A program made the position numbers and the translations under genes. From assembly GCA_023515725.1 (NCBI GenBank), contig JALDTO010000098.1:1886164-1950163 (forward strand): DNA of 64,000 bases. Direction: 5' to 3'. The notes beneath the pieces were generated by a model that had not been told where the DNA came from, did no database searches, and worked only from the letters and a program-made list of their open reading frames with translations. Positions 1 through 13,016 of this stretch are shown here, piece after piece (positions within the stretch are counted from its first letter, which is position 1; each line of letters starts with the position of its first letter). The DNA comes from Amoeboaphelidium protococcarum X5. Lineage: Eukaryota > Fungi > Aphelidiomycota.

Positions 1-313
1 TGGCGTTCTCATTGCATTCGTAATCTCACTGCGATCAATGAATCAACGAGAGGTCGGCAGTTATTAGTTTGCGCGCCAAGTAAGATTCATGTACTTGAAA
101 CGCTTACGCAACGAGGTGATTGTAAAGCGGCGTAAAGCATAGACTCTTTAAAACTTAAAGTTGCAATCTGTGGAAGACTTTGAGTAGAATATTGACGCTA
201 TCTTGATAGATCAGTTACTAGTAAAAGACGCCAGATGGTTCATTCTGGCTAATGGCTACGTTGGCTCATATAAAATGTTATTAAAGAAATTAAATATAGA
301 ATGCTTCTAATGA
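1..313 (+). CDS. Possible 3' end of an unidentified CDS entering the window
   Basis: Frame from base 2 has no TGA until 311-313 when TAR=Gln (GVLIAFVISLRSMNQREV...KKLNIECFQ*). No motif recognised. Confidence 0.3.
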
Positions 314-588
314 ATTCTACAGTAATTATCAAGATATATTAACTATTTAACACTGAGGATGCCTTCATTCATAATGGTATAGCATTAGGATCCTAATCAA
401 CTGTTCTACGCTTTTAACTTGGGTGAAACAGAGAGTGTTTGTTTCAACTTTTATCGTTTCGCGTTTCAGCCGTTCGTTTCCCTTTCTCTTTGTTATACAC
501 TACAGTAGTTATCAACTCATTCAAACAACAACTTACCTGTTTGCTTAAATACACTAATTCACATACTTTTATTTAAAAATAAGTAATT

Positions 589-2574
589 ATGAGTTCAGAT
601 TTGGGTAGTCAGGATATGGCAAAGGTGCAAGAGTAGTAGTAATCTGGTGGAGACTTTGGTAAAATGTCTGACGCTGAACTGTCGTAATATGGTTCTTCAT
701 TCATTAAACCGTCCACAAAGATGAGTAAGCGTATGATGAAGGCCTACAATCTCGAAGGTTTACAGTAGTCATCTGATTCCCCTGAAAAATAGTAGTCGTC
801 TCAATTGGCAAAGGATAGTAGCAGTGGTGCACAGGCTCAAAAGTAGTAAGGAGACTCTGAAGCTGCGAAGCAAGTCGTTTTCAGTCTGTCACCGAATGAT
901 GGCTCTTTTGCTGCCAAGAAACTTGTGCTCAGTCTTGACGGTAGTAATGTGCAGAAAATTGGTCGTCAAAGTTCTCCAAAGTAGCCACCTGCAGCAGATA
1001 ATTTGATTTTTGATTCTAAAGTTCTTAGTAGAGCTCATGCTGAGGTTTACTATGACAGAGAAGTCGGCAGCGTGATGATTAGAGATTGTGGATCCAGTAA
1101 CGGAACGTTTGTCAATGGAGAACGCCTATCGTAAGAAGGTAAGCCGTCTGATAAGCCTCGTTAACTAAAAGGCGGTGATACTCTCGAGTTTGGTGTTGAT
1201 ATCTTTGGCGATGATGGAGTGACTGTGCTTTTCCATAAGGTGAGCTGTACTGTGGGAATACTCAATCCTTACGCAAAGGCCGCAGGTGAGGGATCAGCTT
1301 CTCTTAAGGCGAACAAAGCTCAGGCTGTGGATGAGTCGGTGTTGGATAGTGTTTTAACTGAACTTGCTAATGATTTGAATGTTGCTCAAAATCAGAGTGT
1401 TCAGATTAAGAAGCTCAAATCTGCTCTGGATGATGTCAGTGCTCTGGTTGACGAAAAGAGTTCATCAGAAGTAAAGTCTTTAGTTCCTTAGTAGCAAGAC
1501 GAGCAGTTGCTAGAATAAATCAGTAAATTGAAGGTTGAAATTTCAGATCTGGAAATGTCTCTAAATGAGTCTTAAAGCGATAAAGAGAATTTAAAGCAGG
1601 AAATTGATTAGCTGAAGTAGTAGCATGCTCAGATTCTGTAAGAGCAGTAGTCTTAGTTGAATCAAGAATTATCTGTTGCCACTTAAAAAATCGAGTAGCT
1701 GAATTAAAAATTGAGTCCAATGGCGGTAGAGTTGGACAATATTCGTGCATAGTTGGCTGAAAAGTAAGCTGAGGTATCCTAGTTGCAACAATAGCTTCAG
1801 GAGAAGTAATCTTTGCATGCACAATCTGAGTCTGATTTGAGTAGCATGAGGAGTGAGAATGAGGATAAGATTATGGAGTTGAAGGGTAAAATTATTGATG
1901 AGCAGACCAAGAAGAATCAGCTTATTGATGAGAATAACCAGCTATCTTTGTAATTGAAGGAGCTGACCTCTGCGAAGAATGCTATAGCTAGTCAATTGAA
2001 TGATGTGCAGTAGTAGCTAGCTGACACTCAGAAATCCTTGTAATCGTTCGAGCTCAAGTTTTAGGAGGTCAGTATTGAGAAAGAGGCTCTGGCGAAGTAG
2101 ATTAGAAACGCCCAAGACTTGTAATAGGTATCCGGTTAGTAAAAGGAGACCATCACGTAACTGCAGAATGATTTAAAGGATACTGAAAGCAAGCTGTTAG
2201 AAATGGAAGAGGCTTTCAAAGTGGCTTTAGCTGAGGTTGGTAAAAGCGAAGATGTTGATAAGTTACTGAAGGAGATCAGTACTATCAAGGCTTAGTAAGA
2301 TCAATTGAATTCTAAGACTATCTCGCTGTCCAAACAGTTACAGGACGCTAAAGAGGAGAATGCTCTGAACAAGTCTTAGTTTTAGCAGCAGAAGAAGCTC
2401 ACAGAAGAATTAAAACAGCAGTTATCAGCGCAGAAGGCTGAAGAAAAACTTGTAGTTTAGTAGCAGCCTTCCAGTGGAACTAACGTCGGATAAGCCATCA
2501 TCGTTGCTATAGTTTCGGTGGCCATTTCCGTATTTGCGATGAAGTACAACTTACTGGGCGCGATATTGAGATGA
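589..2574 (+). CDS. VPS64: FHA-domain, coiled-coil, tail-anchored protein of the SLMAP/Vps64(Far9)/Far10 family (STRIPAK)
   Basis: One frame ATG589-TGA2574 with TAR=Gln. FHA motifs [40 protein letters not shown]; long coiled coil; C-terminal hydrophobic helix [17 protein letters not shown]. Confidence 0.85.
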
Positions 2575-2813
2575 TGATATTCTCTGATAATATTAAGTTG
2601 ATATTTCTCTACTTTAGTCATGTCTCTGGCTATGTTTCATTTAATTTAAAGAGTGCTCATTATGGCCAATCTCACAAAATGTTAGCACTATGGATTTTGG
2701 TAGTTTGTTATTAAGCGAAAGATTAATAAGCGCTTTCGCAGTATAGTTACTATATTTTCATACGGTATGCTAATTCTTGGGCAATACCCATCTATCATTC
2801 TATGACATTCTTT

Positions 2814-4424
2814 TCATACTTCATCAGTTTTAATCTGCATCATGAACGCATACAAAGCTGGATCAGACGTTGATCGAGGAAACACTTCCTTATGACTGTT
2901 AGAAATATACGAAGTCTCAAAGTTGTCCAAACTCTTGATACGATCCAATATCGCACAAAACATTTGAGCATACAGCCAGTCATTACCATCAGCGTTTATA
3001 ATCTGTTGTTGTAGAAAATTCACATGCTTGTAGCACTTCTTAATTTGCGTATCAATTAGTCTCATCTTGACTTAACCAGTAGCGTGTGATATATAATGAT
3101 CACTTAGCAGCTTCACCATAGATTAATCAAATTATCCAGATTCCAGACGCGAATAGAAATTGTCCGTCAACGACGCAATACTTGCAAACTATTAATCCGG
3201 ACCCACAAGTACATTGGCTGCCAAAAGGAAACGCTTCTCGTACGGAATCTATTAGAAGACATTCTCAGATACCCACTCATAAGGGACGCGCAAGTGTGAG
3301 GCCAGTAAGACTTGATGGCGCACAGGTAACTTGATATAAACTTGGTGATTACCAAAGACATTGCTAAAGTTATCAGCCAGTCTATCGACAGGCATTCTCT
3401 GGTACACACTAACCAGAAAATCAGCATTATAAATGTTCAAATTTCTACTGCTAAACAGAAGACGAAATCCGAATTTCACATAATCTGGCACTCCGGCCGT
3501 CTCCATATTTGAGATGATACATGACAACGGTTCCTGATTTAAAAGCATTTGGTCTTTATACTGCCAGTACAATGTAGAGACAGCTTGGAGCATTTTTAAC
3601 ACTTAAGGCAGATTACGATTGTGGTCCTACTTCATGATAAACTAGACACAAACCTTCATAAAATTAGTGAGATCTTCCACAGACAACGATTTTATCCACT
3701 GCTAGAATAGTATTTTGACCATATAGTCTTCGGATTTAACCGTTGCGTAGAAGTACAATCGCGCAAGTACATTGACATACTCAAAGTACCTGCTAGACTT
3801 CAAATGTTGCAGAACCAGGATGGGGTAGAATGCATTCTAATAACTGACCAGGTATTGGGGTAATTACTCGATCAACATGACAGAAGGAACGAGATCAATC
3901 AACTTCAGAGACTCAAATGATTAAACTGGTGCCGATTGGAGTGACAAATCTTGGTCAATCACCACCAATGTGAGAATCTTATACAGAATCATGCCAATAT
4001 TCTGCTGTGACTACGAATCGCCACCTATTAGCGGGTTCACATATTATATGTGAGATACTTGGGTCCTACCAGCATAGCCTGGAATTCGCAATCTCATCAA
4101 TGGATTCAGGCAATTGACATAATATTCCACTTCCTGGGCATTTTCGCTCCCAGAAGCCAGATGCTAAATGTATCTAGAAACATCCATAACTAGATAACTC
4201 GCACCATTATAGCCATCCCAACATGTGGCACCCTGATGAATGAAATACTCGAAAGATACAAGCTAGTCAATCTTATCTTTGCAGAGCGTATACTATTCCA
4301 CGCTATCATACAGCGGCAAGTTATGGTCCCCAACCATACGCGTAAGGAAGAGATCAGAGTAGCTAAAGGATTGAACCGCGATGATATTCGCTACAGAAAA
4401 GTATATCAGGTAAGATGCTAGCAT
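2814..4424 (-). CDS. Putative secreted protein of unknown function (536 aa), paralog of 4712-6244
   Basis: ATG4424 to TGA2814 in one frame. Signal-peptide-like start MLASYLIYFSVANIIAVQS. Shares sequence blocks with the neighbouring gene. Confidence 0.75.
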
Positions 4425-4711
4425 AATTGTCCTCTATTCACTACAGTCAGTTATGATGATGATGAAAATTTTTGAAAATTTTTTATAGTTCTGTTTCACA
4501 CTCCGACGATCATCATCATTCGTCATATCCTCGAATTCCGGGGCAGCGTATAGTCACCCCTTGGGAATACTATACATTTTCTGAGCAGCTTTGCACTAAT
4601 AAACGTTGCTATAAAACGAACGCACTGAAAAATTTGAAATAAAAATGTTCTATATATCATGATTATTGTCGTGCAATTAGATCTAATGATGTAAGTTCTG
4701 AATCAGTATCA

Positions 4712-6244
4712 TCACCCAACATTATCCAAAGCCTTGATACGTTCAAGAAGATGACAGTAATGAGGCGCAGCCCAATTATTAGGCTTTGATATCTCCAACG
4801 CGCAATACTTTATCTGTGCACTCAAACTTTTCTTATTCAGACTAACATTACCGTCTGTGTAATTTTCAGAATAGAAAAATCTTCTTCGTAAAAGAGACAC
4901 CAACGAATCATCAAATTCTCCATTTTATAGCCTATTCTCAAATTCAACAATGACATTGCTCATTGCCAAATCAAAATCTTCATTCTTGACAAATGAACGT
5001 ACAAGCAGCTAAAATCTTTCGCCATACAGCAATAGCTTGAACGCGTCATCAGAGACCCATTAATTTGGGACGCGGTAGTTGCGAGCAATCGTAACCTGCT
5101 TGATTAAAGGTAGTTGATTATACACTTGCTGTCTACCATATGGTTACTTGAAATTAACCACCAAATCCCGCTCAGACATTGCAGAAAATACTTCAACCAG
5201 AAAATGATCACCATCGTTGTCCAGGGTAAATTGCTTCTCTATCAACATTTTGAATGCCTAACCCACGTAAGATGGCACTTCAGCAGAGGTCATTCGCTTC
5301 AGAATCATATCAGATTTATATTTACAGTCAAAAGATGGGTAATCTTTAAAGTACGAATATACACGCGATAAAGCAGAGGTTGTCGCCAACACGGCCATTA
5401 AATTGCTCTTCTCATTCTCGATCTGAATGATGAATTGGATACAGAAAGATATCTGAAGTGCAAAATCAAAAGCTGGTATCTTTCGTAATATACCGTCCAC
5501 CAGCTTGTTGAATATCAGCTCTTTACGTCTGATGGCAGAGTAGATCAAAGTCTTGGACAAGGCTGCAACAAACTCTTTCTAACGCGTCTCCTGAATACGG
5601 GTAAGCAATGCGACAATATAGACAGGATCTACAAGATATACAACTGAGTCGGGCAGTTTATTTATAATAAAATCTGATGGAAGCAGATCGAGAAGTTGAT
5701 AAGATAATACTGGTTAATGATCCCAGACCATCTATCCCATGTCGTTTTGTGACACAACTTATGTCAACAGAAGATATAGCGTGCCACCAATATCGTAATA
5801 ACCAGGCGCGTTTCTGTCATATTACTCACCAACAAACCGGTAGGAAGTAATCTGGATCGCATTGCCACCAAGAGTGAGAGTATTTACACCAAATAGCGGT
5901 TTAAGGCATTATAGCGCAGAAGTGACATCCTAATGCCCATTGCTGTGGGTAGCAATTTTCACAATGTACCTCGACATGTCCAACTGAAAAGACATTCCAG
6001 ATGCGAGAGAGAAGTCATCATAATCGATAAGAGTCGTAGGCGCAGTCATACCAGATGGTTACAGAGATATCAAATCTCCTATCAAATATTCACATCTACG
6101 TCTCTCGTCAACATTGGAGTATAATTGGTCAAAGTGGCCTTACAGAGTGAGCAATTGATGATCACCTGCATATGCCCAGATATCATTTTACACAGCACTG
6201 ACCAGCTACAGTTGAATGAGCAATATCGTGAACCACACCAACAT
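4712..6244 (-). CDS. Putative secreted protein of unknown function (510 aa), paralog of 2814-4424
   Basis: ATG6244 is in frame with track fragments 5258-5560 and 4712-4903. Signal-peptide-like start MLVWFTILLIQLQLVSA. Shared blocks GDH, CLxPL, IGxxLYxxLT, RLxxGxFDxSxVxLL, CxxLxRIKxLDN. Confidence 0.75.
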
Positions 6245-6896
6245 ATTTTCGTGAAGCCAAAGTGGAATATTTACACCAGAAGATATCAATATGTAAAGGT
6301 TTTAGACTGACGTACTAGCAGAGATTTTCCTCCTTTTCCCGCCCCTTATCACACAGTAGCGTCTTTGCAACTCAGTCGTCTCCTGACTGACCAACTTTGG
6401 TACTGAGTCATGGCGAATAAATTATTAGGTCCACTTTAAATAAACATGCATTATATCCTTAAAGACTCACGTTTAACATTGGCAACCATGTTGCACTAAA
6501 ACCCGTTCTAATTCGGTGCTCGATCAGTCTACAGTATCTGACGGGCTTCAAGTTTCGCTTTAAATCGAGACTCTATTAATAATGTTGGTAGTTTCAACTT
6601 ATAGTCACTACCACTGCCATACTGTATTTATCCAGGAGTCATATGCAAAGCATATTGTGCATACAATGGCCAAGACATTCAGTGACACAGAGATTACGCG
6701 ATTACGACCAGCTTCGTTATAAACTCGCGGTTCAGTTTGAAATGATTATCAAGCAGGCGGGCGACGTTTCGATCGTACCCCTTAGCGGTTCCCACAACAA
6801 TTGAACTTGCTTAACGTCATAAATTTAGCGCATTACTTTCCACACTTTTGCACCAAACTCTTTGTCTTATTATCACCCATCTCTCAATTATTTACC

Positions 6897-7856
6897 ATGA
6901 TCTCTGTTGGTGTTACAATATTGTTTATAGTGCTTGTTACCTGTATTAGTGGATTCAACATCAATTCCGCGCAGACAGTGTTGCAGAGTAAGGAACCATC
7001 AGTTGCACCAACTCCCAAGATTGGATGTATGCTCTTCAAGTGTGGATTTAAATTGGCGCAATGTATGCTTGATGGTCAGTGCAGAGTGTGCAGTCAGTGT
7101 ATGAAGGATTGCCCAGCTGATTAGGGAGTTGACGCGTACCAAAAGTGCACCTCCAACTGCTTCTTCTTGTACTCTAATGAGAAGTTCAATGATTTCACTG
7201 GTTGCATGCTGAGTAACAAGTGTATTCCAGAAATGACATGGTCAGAGTAAAAGTGTCCGTCTCCTGAAAAGTTGGATAGACGTGATGTACGCGTCAAGAA
7301 TTTTGACTGGTAACTACTTGCTTAAAGTGGTGTAATGTATGTTGCCAGAGGATCTCATGAGATTTACGACTGTTTCCCATGTCAGCGCCTGGATTACTCT
7401 TACGCTACTGAGAATGCATAAACTGGTGCTCAAACTGTATGGTCCACTGATTTGTACTCTTTGGTCTCTGGCAAGAGCTTAGGCGATCAAGTAAACACTG
7501 GCTAGTATGTGCGTAACGCGTCATATGTACTAAAGTAGTTTAATGACAACACCTTATGGACTTAGTATGATCTATTTGGTATGCAGGTCACCGAGTATTA
7601 TTACGTCTTGGACTACGAACTGGATCCTTTGGACAATTCCAAGTTGAAGTACATGGTATACTTCTACTGTGGATCTGGCTTTGGCGGAGAGTATCAGGGC
7701 GCGTTAGTGTACACCAACAAGCCAAACACTTAAATTGAGCCAGAGCTAGAATAGAGATTTAAGAAAGTGTTAGTTGATATGGATCTTGCAGAATACTACC
7801 CACCTCTGAACTAGTTCTGTCAGCCGGCCTATGGTTCTTCTTGTCACAATATTTGA
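6897..7856 (+). CDS. Violaxanthin de-epoxidase-like (VDE/VDL/VDR family) lipocalin with signal peptide (319 aa)
   Basis: Cys-rich domain CMLFKCGFKLAQCMLDGQCRVCSQCMKDC...QKCTSNC...FNDFTGCMLSNKCIP; lipocalin motifs MYVARGSHEIYDCFPCQ and YMVYFYCGSGFGGEYQGALVYT, matching VDE WYITSGLNPTFDAFDCQ and YIFVYYRG..DGYGGAVVYT. Confidence 0.8.
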
Positions 7857-8188
7857 AGACTGCTTTGCTAAAAGTTGAAGTTTAGTTGTAGTAAGGAAAC
7901 CCGGAATTTCAATCTATAATATCATTTACTACCCTTGCAATTCAACATTCTTTAACATCAAGTTTCATTAATTGTGGTAAATGAAGCGCCGGTTCGTTCT
8001 GTTTAACTTCGCGCCTGATGACTGATGATGTTCCTTTCTGCCGCGTCTTTACAATTTACAAGAGGAAGCGCTTCTTTCCTTTTAAACTTGTTGTTCCGTT
8101 TTATCTCCATCTGCAGGGGATTCTCTTTGAATTTATTTGAATTAGTACTTTATTATAAAGCAAGTTATTGAAAACATTTGCCGATCTA

Positions 8189-9307
<1,119 letters not shown>

Positions 9308-9423
9308 AGAATAAAATATATTAATATTCAGCAGATGAATAAAGTCTCAATTATTACATGCAGATCAATCAGTTTTATGGTAATAGATATCAATCTGGAA
9401 GACAAGCTAATGATGATCAAAGT

Positions 9424-9999
9424 TCATTTAGATTTTCCACATTCGAAACACTCTCTCCGCTTGGCAAAGTTGAAGCAGTTACAAGACTCACACATCCATT
9501 CGCCCTCTTTAGGCACAGGTGCGCTGATATCAGCTGGCCGGTCAGCATAGCATTAGAAACAGGTGGAGCGAAACTTGAGATTAGTGAAGCCGCAATCACA
9601 TTTCCACTCATCAGGCATCAGTGACTTTGGCGTGGCGCACTGATTACAATGTGATCTGGACGCGAAATTCAGATATCGACAATCAGATTTTGAGCAAAAC
9701 CAATCGCCTCTCTTCATTTGGGCACCTTGTGGCAGAATGTATTTCTACTTATTATTAATGGTGGCATTGCCATCAGAATACTTTGGCGCGCCATCACCGG
9801 AATCGCCAGACTATTATTCCACAGTTACAGTATCAGCAGCATCGTCTTTCAAAGTGTGGCATCTAAAGCAATCTGTCCGCCTTGCAAAGTTGTGCATGTT
9901 ACATTCTCCGCAATACCAGTCCCCTTTCAAACTTCTTATAGATGATTACTATCCACCGCCGTGTGACGCTCTCTGTTATTATCGAGGTGTTTTTATCAT
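9424..9999 (-). CDS. Protein with four RanBP2-type zinc fingers (191 aa), probably RNA-binding
   Basis: Absent from the ORF track. Four W-x-C-x(1-4)-C-x3-N-x6-C-x2-C units: GDWYCGECNMHNFARRTDCFRC, GDWFCSKSDCRYLNFASRSHCNQC, EWKCDCGFTNLKFRSTCFQC, GEWMCESCNCFNFAKRRECFEC. Confidence 0.9.
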
Positions 10000-10076
10000 T
10001 TTTCCAGTTTCGCGTTTAGTTGGAAGAGAGAGGGAGAGAGCGGGAATCGAGTGATACCATCAAGACGATTGATAGC

Positions 10077-10505
10077 ATGAATGTCGACGAAGACCAAGTA
10101 GTTTGCCCCTTTCTTGTATAATGTGTAGTGCTGGAGGCAGAATAATAGCAGAAAAGCTATCATAGATATCCTCCGCAACCTTAACTGCGGTTGTCACCTG
10201 AAAACGGAGGTAGTGGATCTCAAGTATATGCGTATTGGAGAACGACGATTGCTTAACTGTTACTGTAACTGAGGTGTTAACATCCTGTTCTATAGCTGCC
10301 TAATAGAAAAATTACCGTTAATGTTGTGTATTACAATCATAAAGATGATAATTTTGTTTCACGGGTGATTGCCAAAGGAGTGCTTCAATCTCAGAGGAGA
10401 GCTGAGTTTGATTGTCCTGCATTTCTGGCTACGCTCAAAGATGTGCGTTATAATGTTGGGGATTTTATCGAAGTTTCTGCTATATCTACTCTGTCATAAT
10501 AATGA
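10077..10505 (+). CDS. SAP18: SAP18-like (Sin3-associated / ASAP complex) protein, divergent
   Basis: VDEDQVVCPFLV...QVYAYWRTTIAQL...TLKDVRYNVGDFIEVSAI resembles SAP18 IDREKTCPLLL...IYTWMDATLKEL...TLQSQKFQIGDYLDIAI. Confidence 0.65.
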
Positions 10506-11602
10506 TGATGCCGTTTTATTACTTTAAATGCAATTTTTATATAGTACCGTGATAGATAGTTAATTCGTTTTGTGAAATTGAGTTTTTGTGCAAGGCGCTA
10601 CCTGAGCTGTTCTCATCAATACTTTCAACATGACGCGTCTTTCGAAATCAGACACTGTCATCAGCAACAGCTGTACTGATTACAGTAATTAGCTTCCGGT
10701 TTGATGACCAAAACCTGTCTGATGTGATGGCTGGATCGCAAAACTTTTATGATTGAAATTGTCATTAATGAATGTCTTCTCCGCTCTGCTACAAAGTACA
10801 GTAGAATCAAGAACAACAAAATTCATCTTTGTAAATAAAACTGCATTCTAAAAGTCGACGCGTTGAATCAAACTCAAACATATATACAATGACAAAGCTT
10901 GTTATCGTGGAAATGAATTTTCGGTTGCCAGGAGACTTATTTTTAGACGCTACCTTGAATCTCGCGGACCTTTAATCATCGCTAGGGATCCGCCCCTTTT
11001 TCATGCATTCGTCATTTCTCTTCTTTGGCAACAAACACAAAGACGATAAACTTCTCAATGATGATAATTACGACTGTAAGTCATCAATTCTTTGTGTAAA
11101 ATCTCTTTGCATTGATTAGTAAGATATTGCTACTCAGTGATGATATGAATCTCGAATGGTCTTATCATCCGCAATAGGATCACGGTATGTGTTAATTTTC
11201 ATCCGGTGATCTCCTTGCGGATGCTCAGCTCATTCTAGATTATATATATCAATTTTTCATTTTCCTTTCATACTTGACTTTTCCACCCACATATATAAAC
11301 TTACTCTATATTGCCAATCTATACCTGCACTGATTTGTTAACTACGAATTATCATCGCATGCATTGAGGTGGCTTAAACTAAATCGGCGTCTATTTCTGG
11401 GCCTCAAAAAGGCCTAGACCATCGCTTCCCTGCGTCGGTCGGCTCGCGCGACGTAGCATGACATTCACTCAATAACGCGTATGAAATTGTAATATCAGCA
11501 GTTTTTTAAAAATCTAGGATGATATCTGGCTCTTATTAATTGAATATTACGAGGCAAATTATATTTCTACATTGCATTACACCGGTCTAAAATTTAAAAT
11601 AA

Positions 11603-12679
11603 GGGTTAAATTATTCATCTCCATGGAGATACGAGTAATTTTATCTCCAAAAATTTATTCATCTCCATTCGATTATCGCGCTTTTTATTTTTACGTTTTT
11701 ATCACATGGAGTTTAAAACTGTAGTGCATGTCTCCAGAATTGGAGATGACACATTTACATCTCCTTACTCAATAATACATCACAGTGCCTCATTCTTAGA
11801 GTTGACTCTTCCGAGCATATAATGCTTTGCCGTATGTCTGTGGTGGTAAATGGTTATAAAGTGTAAATGCGACCACAAATGTGGTGCATTAAGAAAAGTC
11901 TGTGTCTCACCGAAAATTAGAAATACCGTAGGTGTATAACGCTAAGGCTCTATTACTGAATAAGAAGAGATTTTATCAACCTTGTACCTTCAGCAAGGTT
12001 TGATAACTATAACTTAAGCAAGCGGAAGATTGATTGTCCATTTAAAGTGGATTTTCGGACATGCCAGTTAAGTTCATATTTCCACATTATCATGAGAGTT
12101 GAAAGACTCACAGTTGCGAGCTGCAGCCGCTATTAAGTATTGGATAAAAGGTTCACTTACATATTCAATTTGTTTTTGTTTGACAAGACATGGCCACTCA
12201 AATTAATCCAACATTTTAAGGAAGTGGATTGGGAATAAACGCTCAAAGCTTCGACTCGTCCAGACGAATGACTGCTTGTTGTAAGGTATACTGTATGTAT
12301 CAAAACAGTTATAGATCGTAGTATCTAAACCACCATTCTCTTACGCTTAAATGCTTAGCGGCATTGAACGCCATTTCATGCATAACAAGTATTAAGATAC
12401 TGTAAATAACTACAGTGCATGAATTCCATACACGACGACAAATTGTGTAGTACTAACAGACTTACTCAAGCTCTGAATAACAATCGACAAGCCACTTCCA
12501 AATGGTATACAGGTCGAATTGACTATGGTGTGTATAAAAGTAGCTGTAGATGTTTTGACAAATTAGTGAAACATTTCTCAGAAATGTACGCCGAGCCCGA
12601 ACTTAAAAATCGACTTGGAGATGAATAATTTTTTGGAGATGAATTACGCGTATCTCCATGGAGATGAATACATTTTCTC
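11603..12679. mobile_element. Non-autonomous or decayed DNA transposon with terminal inverted repeats, Mutator (MULE)-like
   Basis: ~55 bp near-perfect inverted repeat (tattcatctccatggagatacgagtaattttatctccaaaaatttattcatctcca at ~11612-11667 vs its reverse complement at ~12616-12670), weakly extendable to G-initiated ends. Flanks ttaaaataa (11594-11602) and ttaaaaaag (12680-12688) resemble a degenerate 9-bp TSD. Internal fragment KRKIDCPFKVDF. Confidence 0.7.
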
Positions 12680-13016
12680 TTAAAAAAGTAATGAATTAGG
12701 TATTCTGAATGAAGTTTAAATCACTATAACAGTTCATCGAGCGAAAAGATTTGTAAATTTGGCTATATAGAGTTTGATTTGACTACGACTTTCTGTTCCA
12801 ACATCGAAACAAGTGGTCTCCAGCATCGTATCAAATATGTATCTGCGCGTATCACAGAACGAGATCGGTGTGCGTGGTAATCTAAATTCGCATGGTAATC
12901 TAAAGTCCTAATTACAAATTTAAATGTGTGCGATATCGTATTACGGTTGACTTAAATAAATATAAAAAAATTTAATATATTGTTTTCATCATTACCATAG
13001 TCACTTGATGTATTAA

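Noticed and set aside
10889-11330. Small intron-containing gene (ATG 10889; GTAAGT at 11076, GTATGT at 11185)
   Set aside because: Donor-like sites exist, but I could not build a consistent spliced frame or recognise a product.
11421-11428. ATCGCTTC resembling the 5' end of U2 snRNA
   Set aside because: The downstream U2 sequence, including the GTAGTA branch-point-pairing region, is absent.
12872-12904. Short tandem duplication of tggtaatctaaa
   Set aside because: Two copies only in intergenic DNA; most simply a slippage duplication.
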